Source of the DNA: Octopus sinensis
Taxonomy: Eukaryota
Assembly (NCBI RefSeq): GCF_006345805.1
Contig: NC_043008.1
Location: 27,032,001-27,096,000 of the forward strand
Reading direction: 5' to 3'
DNA: 64,000 bases
Shown here: positions 11,021-23,345 of the stretch, in pieces
How positions within the stretch are numbered: the first letter of the stretch is position 1
Layout of the letters: each line of letters begins with the position of its first letter
Notes under the pieces: model-generated
What the model was told of the DNA's origin: nothing
Seen by the model: the letters and a program-made list of their open reading frames with translations, nothing else
The model's database searches: none
Translations under genes and position numbers: made by a program

Positions 11021-14000
11021 CATGTACATACGCACGCACACACGCACACACTCACACGCACACATATATTCTTATCTGGCCTATGTGTTGTATAACTATG
11101 TGCTGATCTACATCACTATTGCTTATCAGATTTAAAATATATCTTCCACTGGTTAAGGCGACAGTATTTTTGAAGTAATGTTTCTTGTGAACTATTCCAT
11201 TTAAATTGTATTGCTCAGAAATAGAAGCAAATGATTATGGTGTGAAATAAACTCAAGGTTCTGATTTAGATTTGCTACTCTTCTCTTACAGCCATTTTAC
11301 ATATATAGGAAAATCATGAACATGGGAAAATATGAGAAAGAGTACAAGTTATTTTTGAAATCTCATAGCAGTGCCTAATTAAAATTTCAGATAAAAGTCT
11401 TCAATAGCTATTATAATATAATCTTCAACTGAAACATCTTGGTATTAAAGAATAAAAAAGTCACAAAACAACCTCTGGTGAGTTCTATGAAAACCATCTA
11501 GAAATATTTGCAATAAACACCACCCATAAGTATAACGAAAGCTATAAAAGAAACATCTATTCTGCCAAGGGTTTAAAGAAAAGTTTAAATCTTAACACAA
11601 TTAATGATGCTATATGAAATTAAAACGAATTATAGCAGAAGATAATGCTAACACTTGTGACTGTTAATAATAAAACTAATTTATACAAATGATGCTATAA
11701 AATCTTTAATTTAATTTTGACCGAGATAAAAAGAGGAATTGACCACCAGTGAATATCTAGTGTCTGATAAAACCTGAAATAATTTTCTCTTCAGACAAAT
11801 TAACACAGTAGAATGACCATGCACAACTTTTCAGTTAGTTTTCAGTTTAAATGTACAAATCGACTAATTAAAAAAATATTATATAACACAAATTACATGA
11901 AATTTCTTTTTAACGATCTTTCTGGAACAAATTATTTCTGACTGTAATTACTGAAATTTACAGTTGAAAACTTATATAGAACTACGTTGAATTTATTCAA
12001 ACCTGGTTAGATTAATAAAGTGTCAATTAGTCGAATAATGCCTATAATTAGCACTATGATGTATCTTCTTACCGTTTTCTATCACTACTACAGTAGCCTT
12101 TGCTTCTTCGATCTAGCTTGTACAGTGCAACTTTCATTTAGACACCTCATATCACACATGGCTATTCATCACGTCACCATTATTCTGCCCATCATTGAAG
12201 GTGTATAATATCCAAAAGGCCCGGTCATTCCTCTGCAGCAATTCGGTTCACTGAAGTTAGGAATCTAAGTCCATTTTTGTTGAAGCCATCGAGATACTAG
12301 AGGAAAGTTAACCGTATGATTCTTACCAGTCTCGCAGCATATGCGAAGGTCATGTACACAGCTTTTTCCTCCAGACAATATAGCAAAAGGTTCACAGGAT
12401 AAACTGCAATATCTCACAGTGTTTATTTCCTATTCATCATAAAGTAATATAACATAATCCCGGTTTATGGTATGGTGTATGCTACAAAGAACGGCAACAC
12501 TTTATCACCAACGAGTTATTTATATGTTGTGCAGAGTTGAAATGTTCCTATGGAAATGAACTAAAGACGAAAGGACTCTGCAAATTCGACTTCACTTAAT
12601 AGACCCAGTAAAGGCAAATGCTACTATTTGTGTATTTATAGTTTAACATGTTTACGGGATATATGCTACATTGCATTAAATTTCCCTAGAATTATCATAG
12701 AAATTTTGTGGCCAGACACTATTGATATTTTTGATAAAAACAATAAAATAAAGAACGTTGATAATAGACGTTTGTAACGGGATTAAAAAGAACTGCTCTG
12801 TTGCCACTGGCTCGAACCTGGGGCCCCATGAACTATCTACACGTTTTCTTGGCAACGGTATTTGTTGACGACTAAAACAGGGTGAACGTAACTGACGAAT
12901 CTGAAACCTTTGCTATAATTTCTTAAGGACTGTCATTCTGCACATATAAAACCTGGACATTTGACTGACTAGCGGGAGGAAGCTCGGAAGGAGTGCAATT
13001 GTATGTTTCTCCACAGTTGTAATTAGCAGTGAGTATCGAAACTGAATGCCTAAAAAAAGCAAGGCATATGAAAAGATGTTGCTAGAAAAGTAGTGAAATA
13101 AATGTTTAGTTTTTCTTCTTTTGTCATATTCGCCTTCTTCATCTACAGAGAGACTATGAAAAGCATCTTCAAAATATTGTGAGTAAATCATTTATTTCCT
13201 TCCTCTGTTTATTGAATTTTTTTCAGCCGATATTAGCAAACGAATTTATCAAAACCATAAGGCGAAAGTAATATTGAAAATGTAAACCACTGGCAAATTG
13301 AGACTATGATAAGGTTTCGATTCAATTATACTAACAATATCATTCACAACACACTTTTCTTTTCTTAAAATATAGAGCTTTTATGTTGAGACAAATCAAT
13401 ATTAATTGAGCAGTTGATATATGGTAAGACCTAGGTATAACTGTTTTCTCTATGACAACACAAATTATTACATTCAGGGAAACACCAAACTGAAGTAAAA
13501 GTATAAATATAGAATTAGAGAAAAATATGTAGAAAGAACAACATGAAAATGAGAATTTAATTCCTGTAGTTATCTTAGTTATGTTATTTCTTTAGTGTTA
13601 ATAGGACCTAAAGCGAATATTCTGGTAACTCTAATAATTTTAAAAGGAATGCACTGGGATGGTTTATTATAGCCCCAAGGCCCATGGGAGGAATTTAACA
13701 CAATTCTGCAAACTAACAAAATTTCGTCATAGTTGAAGTGCATCATTTGAAAGTTGTATTAAATAGTTCTCACACACACTCTGCGTACGTTGCAACTTCA
13801 ATAAAACCGTTATAACTCTAACTAAATATTAATAACGTTAACATAATTACTGTTTCAATCCAGGGCAAAACTGTTCCAACAGACTTAAGAACAAAGGTAT
13901 CACACCCGTGATCAGCCTTTTTTTTTGGTTTTGCTTGGTTTTTTCACATTACTGCAAGTATCTACCGCATCTGACGTTTTCTTTTCCCTAGTCTTTATAG

Positions 14001-16379
14001 ACAGTCAAGTGTATGAGATTTGGCTGATATTTCCTCATCGACTGACCACACAGAAGCTTTCTCCCCGAGGTGCAGAAGCAAGAGTATGAGAATAAATACC
14101 TTTCAGGATATAATTATATTACTTGGTTGAGAGCTCAAATATTTCTGTGGTTTACTTTGCTTTTTTGCACTTCTGGGTCGATAAAATAATTACCTACCTG
14201 CTTGGGATTACACTTAAAGCAACTATGCATAACTCCGTTCTTTAATATTTATGGCCTTGTAGTAAAGTAAGAAATCATTAATAACCTCATCCAGGTTATC
14301 GTATCAAATTAGCATGAAGAATCAACAAGGCTATCAGTACTATCTCTTCATGTTAAATAATAAACACAAGAGAGCTTCTGCGCTGTTGCTATGAACCATA
14401 GGATTATATAATAAATCCCATTGAATCACAATGTAACGTCTTAAAAAGAGAACAATATATTGGCTGTTAGTTCTATATATGCGAGATATATGTATTGTTG
14501 AAAGTCCATTGATCAATCAAGTCTAAGCTCAGATAAGCACCAACCCCGTTGCAAGTAAATAATAAGCATAATACAGTTAAAATCAATGTAACATTTGAGT
14601 TGCTTCACTACTGAATTCTTCAGCTTGAGATTAGGCCTTATTTTAAAACATAACATAAAATTAGATGCATTGCTTTCTGTCACTGAAACCTTCTGACAAA
14701 AGCTGGATTCTTCTATACTTACAAAGAGCCGGCAAAATTTGAGAGTGTGATTAAATTGACTTTCGAATTGTTAATTTAAAGTGCTGCGTTTAGTTATCAT
14801 GATTACTACTCCGCTACGTACAATAATTTCATAAGGTGGTAAACAATCTGTTCTTTAAAAACTTATTTGCAGCTAATTAGCATTAAAAGAGTTTGGATAT
14901 TTTATAAATATCATTTCTAGTAAATTGTACCAGACAAACAAGGATGCTCTTCTAGAAGCAATGTGACTATTTACATAATAATAATTATTTCTTCTGTATT
15001 GAAGCAAAACCAGATTTAATTGTCAATATATTCTGAGGAAGACTGTAAGTAGTCGTTCGGACTGATACGGTCCTGTGAGATCACACTCTAGTCTTAAGAA
15101 ATACAGGAGACATTGAGTAAAGTATTACTAGACCCCATTCGTTTGAATACTAGATCCCATGCGTTTGAATATAATGTCATGGTAGCTGCCAAATTCGTCG
15201 CTAAAGGGGTGCCCCTTCACTATTCAACGGTAACACTCGGAATTAGAAAAGATAGCATACAAAAATCTTCCCATAATCCAAATTAGCGCCTAGCCAAAAA
15301 ATTCTGAAGCACCTCCAGGCACCAAAGTTTAGCGAAGGACCTGGTATCGACTGCAATGCTTTTGCAACATTCTGCTCTCAGTTGTTGCAGCATTTCTACA
15401 AGGAATCATACACCTTCCCTAATAGGGGGCTGGATTTAGATAAGGTAATTACAAATTCATTACACTTTTTTTACTATAGGTATAGAGCTCAATTCAGTTA
15501 TGAATTGAATTCCGAAAAATGTTACTGAAAGGAAATACAGTCGTACCGTTCTGGAGGCATGCATCAGTATTTTAAAGAGGCTTTTGACTCTCATTCAACT
15601 TTCCACGTTTTTAATTCTGCCTACTTCTAACTAACGTATTACCACTATTGTAAAACAAAAAAAGAATAATCTATGCTAGCTGAGTAAATGAACAGAGTTT
15701 AATAAGTTGACTGAAGTAAATGCTGTTGTCATTCGGATGAAGTCTCATATTTTTAATTAGCAGAAAATTTTAGTCTGGTCATGAAAATACTGACTGCATC
15801 AATAATAATATTTTTCTCAGTTGCCTTCTGCTTGGTTCTAGCTTTTGTGAAAAATATTTAGTCATGAGGGGTTTTGCTTTTCTCGACGTAAGAACATATT
15901 GAGGTAGGATTGATGCTGATTTTTTGTCGCCAGCAGGCCTTTTTTGTCTAAATTTAAGGGTCTGAAAAGAGATTCTGCCAGTGTTGTGACTTCTTTCAAA
16001 ATCCCTTGGTGAATGTTTTTTTGCTAATTTTTCACGGGACTCAGCAAGTCTTATTTAAAGAACTAAAGAAATACTTGAAAGGAATGGTAGATCCAGTTCG
16101 AGAGACAAGGGAAAAAGATATCTATTCATCCATGCATCCGTACACACACACATGTATATATACATATGTACATACGTACATATGTATAAACATACTTATA
16201 TGTGTGTATGTATAGTTACATACAAACTGAACGATGAGTGATAAGGGGAGAGTAAAGGAGAGAGAAGGAGAAAGTGAGGTATAAGGCTGAATATCTATGT
16301 ATCTGCGTGTGCGTCCGTTTGTAATAATTTCATATTCGTGTATTTCCCTAATAGTATATCATTTAAAGCCCGTTCTTAG

Positions 16380-17010
16380 CTTTCGACTACCTGATGTCAT
16401 GAATAGTATCGAGGTGTGTGCCACTGGATTTCCGTCAGGAATTCCTTTGTGCCTCAAGCAACTCTGTATCTACTACGATCATTTTGACCCTTTATGTAGC
16501 GGTACCTTGCAGGTGAGATGCTGTACAAAATAATTGTGGTGCAATTTCATAAGGACTGTCTGAAGACAATCTGCGGTTATTCACTAAAAGACAAAGTTTC
16601 TAATGTCGACTTGTTTAGCAAGTGTACGATTAGTGGAATTGAGCACTTCCTTATACAATCAGAATGAGTGACAAAAGAATACTCGAAGTCCTCATGCACA
16701 GCCAACTTGAGAGAGGAAAGAACAATGTTCATCGAACATGGCTCAGATATGAGGACAAGCTGAAATGTAACCTCTTAGTGATGAAGAGAGCTCACAACAC
16801 CTTTGAGCGAACAGCCTTGGTACGAACAAAATGGAGATTATTGTGTCAAAATGGTATTAAAAGTTTCGTTGCAACCAACATTAACAGGCTTCGGGATGCA
16901 AGGCAAAGGAGAAAAACGGTTGAAATTATACCACCTACATGTAATCCTCAAACTTGCAACATTTGTGACCTTTTCAAATCGCTGGTGGGACTTAAATGTC
17001 CCATTTAACA
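16380..17010 (+). mobile_element. RTE/BovB-like LINE C-terminal fragment
   Basis: QFHKDCLKTICGYSLKDKVSNVDL then ORF 16664..17008 MSDKRILEVLMHSQLERGK...RYEDKLK...RTKWR...CNICDLFKSLVGL, the RTE ORF2 C-terminus with CxxC knuckle. Confidence 0.8.
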
Positions 17011-17093
17011 CAAGCATTATAAGTGTCAAAGAAAGAGTACGTTGTCGGATTCTCATACGTCGAAACCGACGGGTTAGTCCGTCATATGTATAT

Positions 17094-17492
17094 ATAAAGA
17101 AATGGAGTAAAACGCAGGTGTTATTCAAATCTTTATACTTCAGACATATGTTTCGAAGAAAACATTGGTATTATTCAAGCGGGAATAAAATGATGTAATA
17201 CAATGCGATCTTCTCATCAGGGGAAAAAAAAGAGAAACATCAATATGATGAAGGGAACGCTGGCAAGTTATTTTAATAAAAAAAACTTACAAGCGTTCCC
17301 TTCATCATATACGCAATCGTCACATTCGGGTAAAATGGCTTATTGATGTTGTTTCACTTTATTCCCCGATGAAAAGATCACATTGTTTTACACCATTTTA
17401 TTCCCTCTAGAACAATACCAATGTTTTCTTCGAAACATATATCTGAAATATAAAGATTCGAATAACATCTGCGTTTAACTCCATTTCTTTAT
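17094..17492. repeat. ~400-bp fold-back with hammerhead-like motifs in both arms and an inner 27-bp hairpin
   Basis: Arms 17094-17245 / 17341-17492 are reverse complements with scattered mismatches; inner hairpin 17243-17310. Confidence 0.85.
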
Positions 17493-17639
17493 TTATCAGT
17501 TAGTCAAAAACATTTCACTAAACCCTGGAATTTTTAACCTTTTAAGTAGTAGCAACCTTGATACTTATATGAAATTTTTGCTACCCTGGTAACTATTTAT
17601 TCATGTATTACGTGTTATTTGTACACATTGAAAATTACA

Positions 17640-17644
17640 CATAC

Positions 17645-17708
<64 letters not shown>

Positions 17709-17819
17709 ATATATATATATACATATATATATTATATATATATATATTATATATATACATACATATACATATATATATATTTATATGTATATATATACAT
17801 ACATATATATATATTATAT

Positions 17820-17868
<49 letters not shown>

Positions 17869-17950
17869 GTATTATATATATATACATACATATACATATA
17901 TATATATATTATATATATACATACACATATACATACATATACGTTCATAC

Positions 17951-18009
<59 letters not shown>

Positions 18010-18065
18010 TACATACATATATACATACGTACACATATATACACACACATATATATGTATATATA
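17640..18065. repeat. (TA)n/(TACA)n compound microsatellite
   Basis: Direct reading; source of the spurious IYIY ORFs. Confidence 0.95.
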
Positions 18066-18069
18066 TTGT

Positions 18070-19143
18070 TAAGTTACAATTTCTTTGTTTTGGTCAGGAT
18101 TTTTCCAGTTTCTTTTTTCTTGTAACAATAATGAACGAACGCATTTAAAAAAAAATTAAATTTATAGAACCGAACAAAAGCGAAAGTATTAATTCTGTTT
18201 TCCCTTTCCTTAATGCTAACAAGAGCATAGTATGAGAGAGATTTGTCTGTTGTTTCTAGCAAATTGAACAACCACACAGAGTTGTTCAACTGGCTCATTT
18301 GTGGATATGTATAAGTAAACAAAATTTAAAAGACACACACACAAACATATATATACACGAATATATGTGTGTGTGTTATAATAAGTGTCACCTGGTGGAA
18401 ATAAGCGCAACTTTCTCTTTGCATATTTTTTATTATGTTAGAATTTCTGTTTTGGTCAGGACTTTTCCAATTTCTTTTTTCTTGTATCAAGCAATTGATG
18501 AAAGCATTTATAAGAATTGACTTCATAGAACCGAACAAAATCAAAAATATTGATTCTATTTTTCCCTTTACTTTTTCCATTCCTACAATATAATTAATTA
18601 CCGTTTCCTACATACTCTGACATTGCATATTAGGTGAGTATTTTATAAATACTTTCACCTTTTAAACAAAAAATGTCTAATACATTCGTATGTGTTTTTC
18701 AATTGAAACATTCTGAAACATTTTGGAGATTTATTCTTTCAATAACAAATTTTAAATATGGATAATCGCATGAGAGACGCACCACGAAAGCATCAGCGTA
18801 GCAGGAGAGAACAGTGGCGCGAGAAATAACGTTTGGAAATAAGGAATCAAAATCGTACGAGGATGAGACACAGAAGAAACAAAATAAACCAAAAGTAAAG
18901 GGAGCGTAACATACGGCATAGGAGGGAAAGAAATCAGCAAAGATTAGAACAAATAAGCCAGGACCAAAGGGAAGTGTATTTACAAAATAAGAGAGTTAGT
19001 GATCAACAGAAAAGAGAACACATAAGTCAAGAGCAAAGGCAGATGTACTTAGAAAATGTAAGAATCAAAGCTAGATCTCTCTCGGCATACCAGCAACCCA
19101 CAAAATCGCACCAGCAAGCATCACTATCACCTCCAAGACCGTG

Positions 19144-19219
<76 letters not shown>

Positions 19220-19428
19220 ATATATATATAATATATATATATATATGAATATATAAATATGACTCATATTGTCCATGAATGCTCGAAATGAAGTGTAAGT
19301 AGATAGCCGACAACTTATGAAGGGTCCTTTCTCTGTATTTACTTGCCCTGTTTAACATATTCTCTCTCGTTGTTTACGTATTTCATGTGGTTTGCACAGT
19401 TGTTGATGTCATGTACCCATATATACAT

Positions 19429-19520
<92 letters not shown>

Positions 19521-20815
19521 TGGACGTCCTCTATCTCTCTCTTCTATATTTTCACTTTCCAAAGAAAATCTAAAATATTTCTCTCAGCGCTCACTATTTT
19601 CCGCTCGTTCAGGTCTAACGATCCTCCATGTTTGTTTTCGTTCGGTTTCCATGTATGTCTCCACTGTCCTATTTTTGTTCCTAAGTTTGACCCTTTATAT
19701 ATCCTAAATTTTATTTTAGAATTTATGGGAGCAACTGTCTTTTGAAGACTCACATTGTCGTTGAATACTCGAAATAAGCAGTCCATAAACAACCGACAAC
19801 TCATGAGTGGTCCTTTCTCTGTGCTTACTTATCCTGCTTTCCATTTTCTCTCTCTTTGTTTACGTATTTAACTCGTTTGTTTACGGATTTCATGTTACTT
19901 GCACAGTTGTTGACGTCCTGTACCCATATATGCATATATATTATTTATTGTTATTTTACATATATGTATATATTGATGTGTGCGTATTTGTCTGTGTTTG
20001 CCTCACCACCACCACCATTACTTGACAAACAATGTTGGTGTGTTTGCATCCCTGTAACTCAGCTGTTCACAAGTGATAGAATAAGCACCAGGCTTACAGG
20101 GAATAAATATAGGGTTCAATATCTTCGACGAAAGGGTGGTGCTCCAGTATGGCCACCGTGAAATGAGTGAAACAAGTAAAAGAATACAAGTACACGAGAA
20201 AGACGTTCCGTACCAATAAACCAAGAGTGTTGTCTGAATATGTACAAGGTATTTTAAGGCTAAATAGTAATTCTATTTACGTTTGCGTAACTGAGATATT
20301 TTGGTTGGATTATATAGTTATCGGTTTTACACTTCTTTCTATACACTGTAACTGAAATTTTTGGAGGGAGGGGGCAAGTCAATTATATCGACCTCAGTAC
20401 ACAACTGGTACTTAATTTATCGACCCCGAAAGGATGAAAGACAAAATTTGCACTCAAAACACGAAGAGAGACGAAATACCTATTTCTTTACTACCCACAA
20501 GGGGCTAAACACAGAGAGGACAAACAAGGACAGACAAACGGATTAAGTCGATTATATTGACCCCAGTGCGTAACTGGTACTTATTTAATCGACCCCGAAA
20601 GGATGAAAGGCACAGTTGACCTCGGCGGAATTTGAACCCAGAACGTAGCGGCAGACGAAAAACCGCTAAGAATTTCGCCCGGCGTACTAATGATTCTGTC
20701 AGCTCGCCGCCTTTAATTGTCACAATATAGAAACATTTCTCATGGCACTAGTACACAAATTACAGATGTTTACACTTTTTATATATTCCGTGAATTTTTT
20801 TCACTGGTCTAGCTA
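18070..20815 (+). mobile_element. Probable decayed Helitron-like element interrupted by SINEs and microsatellites
   Basis: 18777-19143 translates (with stops) to R/E/Q-rich repeats ISQDQREVYLQNKR..ISQEQRQMYLENVR like Rep-Hel N-termini; internal duplications 18074-18230/18440-18590 and 19260-19430/19748-19935; hairpin CCGTGA..TCACTGG followed by CTAG near 20786-20812. Confidence 0.45.
20355..20712 (-). mobile_element. tRNA-derived SINE family B (Nin/Deu-like domain), one near-full plus one partial copy
   Basis: Minus head AGGCGGCGAGCTGACAGAATC..GGTTCAAATTCC and domain GCCTTTCATCCTTTCGGGGTCGAT..AAGTACCAG occurring twice. Confidence 0.85.
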
Positions 20816-20825
20816 ATTTATATAA

Positions 20826-21175
<350 letters not shown>

Positions 21176-21228
21176 GTTTTTTTAAAGTTTCACCTCAGAG
21201 CTGCGGCCATGCTGATGCACCACCGTGC

Positions 21229-21300
<72 letters not shown>

Positions 21301-21304
<4 letters not shown>

Positions 21305-21861
21305 TAAATGCCCTGATGCAGTACCAGACAGTGACTCTCATGGCTTTGATCTTAACTGATTGGAAATGTTATCATGTACATTGTTTTGTCTTGGTATAAA
21401 AGATGGGCTACAGCAAATATTCTGCTCAATACCACAGATTTGCTTGTCAGTTGTTTGACCATAACCAGTTGAGCATGTCCCTTAGTGGCTGACGATATGT
21501 GCATCTCTGATCACGAGCAGAAGTAGTGGGGGAGCATCATAGCCATGTGTTGAGAGGGATTCTTTGGGGTTTGAATAATTCACCTCTGGAAACATGGGTG
21601 GTTTTTCAACATCATTAAACAATCCTTATTCAGGGACCTTTTGAGCAGGATGGGCTACTTAATCTGAAGAAAATTCTAACTGGGCCCCACCTGCAAGGTA
21701 ATGTGCTGTTCATCTTGATATGAGATCACCATGTCGCGCACATTTGGTTGTGATGCATGTGCCTGGTGTACCCTTACCAAGCGGGTAGTCATGATGGGTA
21801 TATTGGGCTTCGTACATTTTACTCCAGTGTCACTTTGATGGCATGAACTGCTCTCTCACTC

Positions 21862-21920
<59 letters not shown>

Positions 21921-22496
21921 TAAATGCCCTGATGCAGTACCAGACAGTGACTCTCATGGCTTTGATCTTAACTGATTGGAAATGTTATCATGTACATTGT
22001 TTTGTCTTGGTATAAAAGATGGGCTACAGCAAATATTCTGCTCAATACCACAGATTTGCTTGTCAGTTGTTTGACCATAACCAGTTGAGCATGTCCCTTA
22101 GTGGCTGACGATATGTGCATCTCTGATCACGAGCAGAGTAGTGGGGGAGCATCATAGCCATGTGTTGAGAGGGATTCTTTGGGGTTTGAATAATTCACCT
22201 CTGGAAACATGGGTGGTTTTTCAACATCATTAAACAATCCTTATTCAGGGACCTTTTGAGCAGGATGGGCTACTTAATCTGAAGAAAATTCTAACTGGGC
22301 CCCCCCTGCAAGGTAATGTGCTGTTCATCTTGATATGAGATCACCATGTCGCGCACATTTGGTTGTGATGCATGTGCCTGGTGTACCCTACCAAGCGGGT
22401 AGTCATGATGGGTATATTGGGCTTCGTACATTTTACTCCAGTGTCACTTTGATGGCATGAACTGCTCTCTCACTCAATAATATAATAATAATAATA

Positions 22497-22532
<36 letters not shown>

Positions 22533-23090
22533 TAAATGCCCTGATGCAATACCAGACAGTGGCTCTCATGGCTTTGATCTTAACTGATTGGAAGTGTTAT
22601 CATGTACATTGTTTTGTCTTGGTATAAAAGATGGGCTACAGCAAATATTCTGCTCAATACCACAGATTTGCTTGTCAGTTGTTTGACCATAACCAGTTGA
22701 GCATGTCTCTTAGAGGCTGATAATATGTGCCTCTCTGATCATGAGCAGAAGAAGCGGGGGAGCATCATAGCCATGTGTTGAAAGGAATTCTTAGAGGTTT
22801 GGATAATTCACCTTTGGAAACATGGGTGTTTCGTTCAACATCCTTAAGCAACCGTTATTCAGGGACCTTTTGAGCGGGATGGGCTACTCGACCAGAAGAA
22901 AATTCTAACTGGGCCCCACCTGCAAGGTCATGTGCTGTTTATCTTGATATGAGATCACCGTGCTGCGCACCTATGGTTGTGATGTATGTGCCTGGTGTAC
23001 CCTTATCAGACGGGTAGCCATGATGAGTATACTGGGCTTCGTATATTTTACCCCAGTGTCACTTTGATGGCATGCACTGCTCTCTCACTC
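21301..23090. mobile_element. Three head-to-tail copies of a ~560-bp non-coding element separated by (AAT)n
   Basis: Copies 21301-21861, 21917-22475, 22529-23090, each starting ATGATAAATGCCCTGATGCA and ending CTCTCTCACTC. Confidence 0.9.
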
Positions 23091-23146
<56 letters not shown>

Positions 23147-23229
23147 CAATAATACCAGGATGGAATTTATAAATATTCAATAGAACGCTACGTACGTTTC
23201 CACAGATCAGATGATTTTGACATCAGAGT

Positions 23230-23345
23230 CGGTATCCATCGGATTAGTAAGATATAGTCCTTATTATGTCGAGGAATTTAAGTTGTTGATGGCTATGTTC
23301 CATCGTAAATTGAATGCTTATGTCCAGTCCATTTAGAATTGTTTG
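23230..23345 (-). mobile_element. Penelope-like element RT fragment
   Basis: FQTILNGLDISIQFTMEHSHQQLKFLDII in ORF 23244..23462 matches the PLE RT motif LN.....I.FT.E......FLD; a SINE A tail (23355-23450) abuts it. Confidence 0.7.

Noticed and set aside
12885-12915. CTGACGA-ATCT-GAAAC hammerhead-like core
   Set aside because: No stem II or stem I possible.
17603-18148. Long IYIY/HTHT/CVCV/YLSI ORFs here and throughout the ORF track
   Set aside because: Translations of TA, CA and CTAT microsatellites; no protein signal.
21301-23090. CRISPR-like repeat/spacer array
   Set aside because: The long units are near-identical and the separators are microsatellite; no unique spacers or cas genes, and the DNA is eukaryotic.
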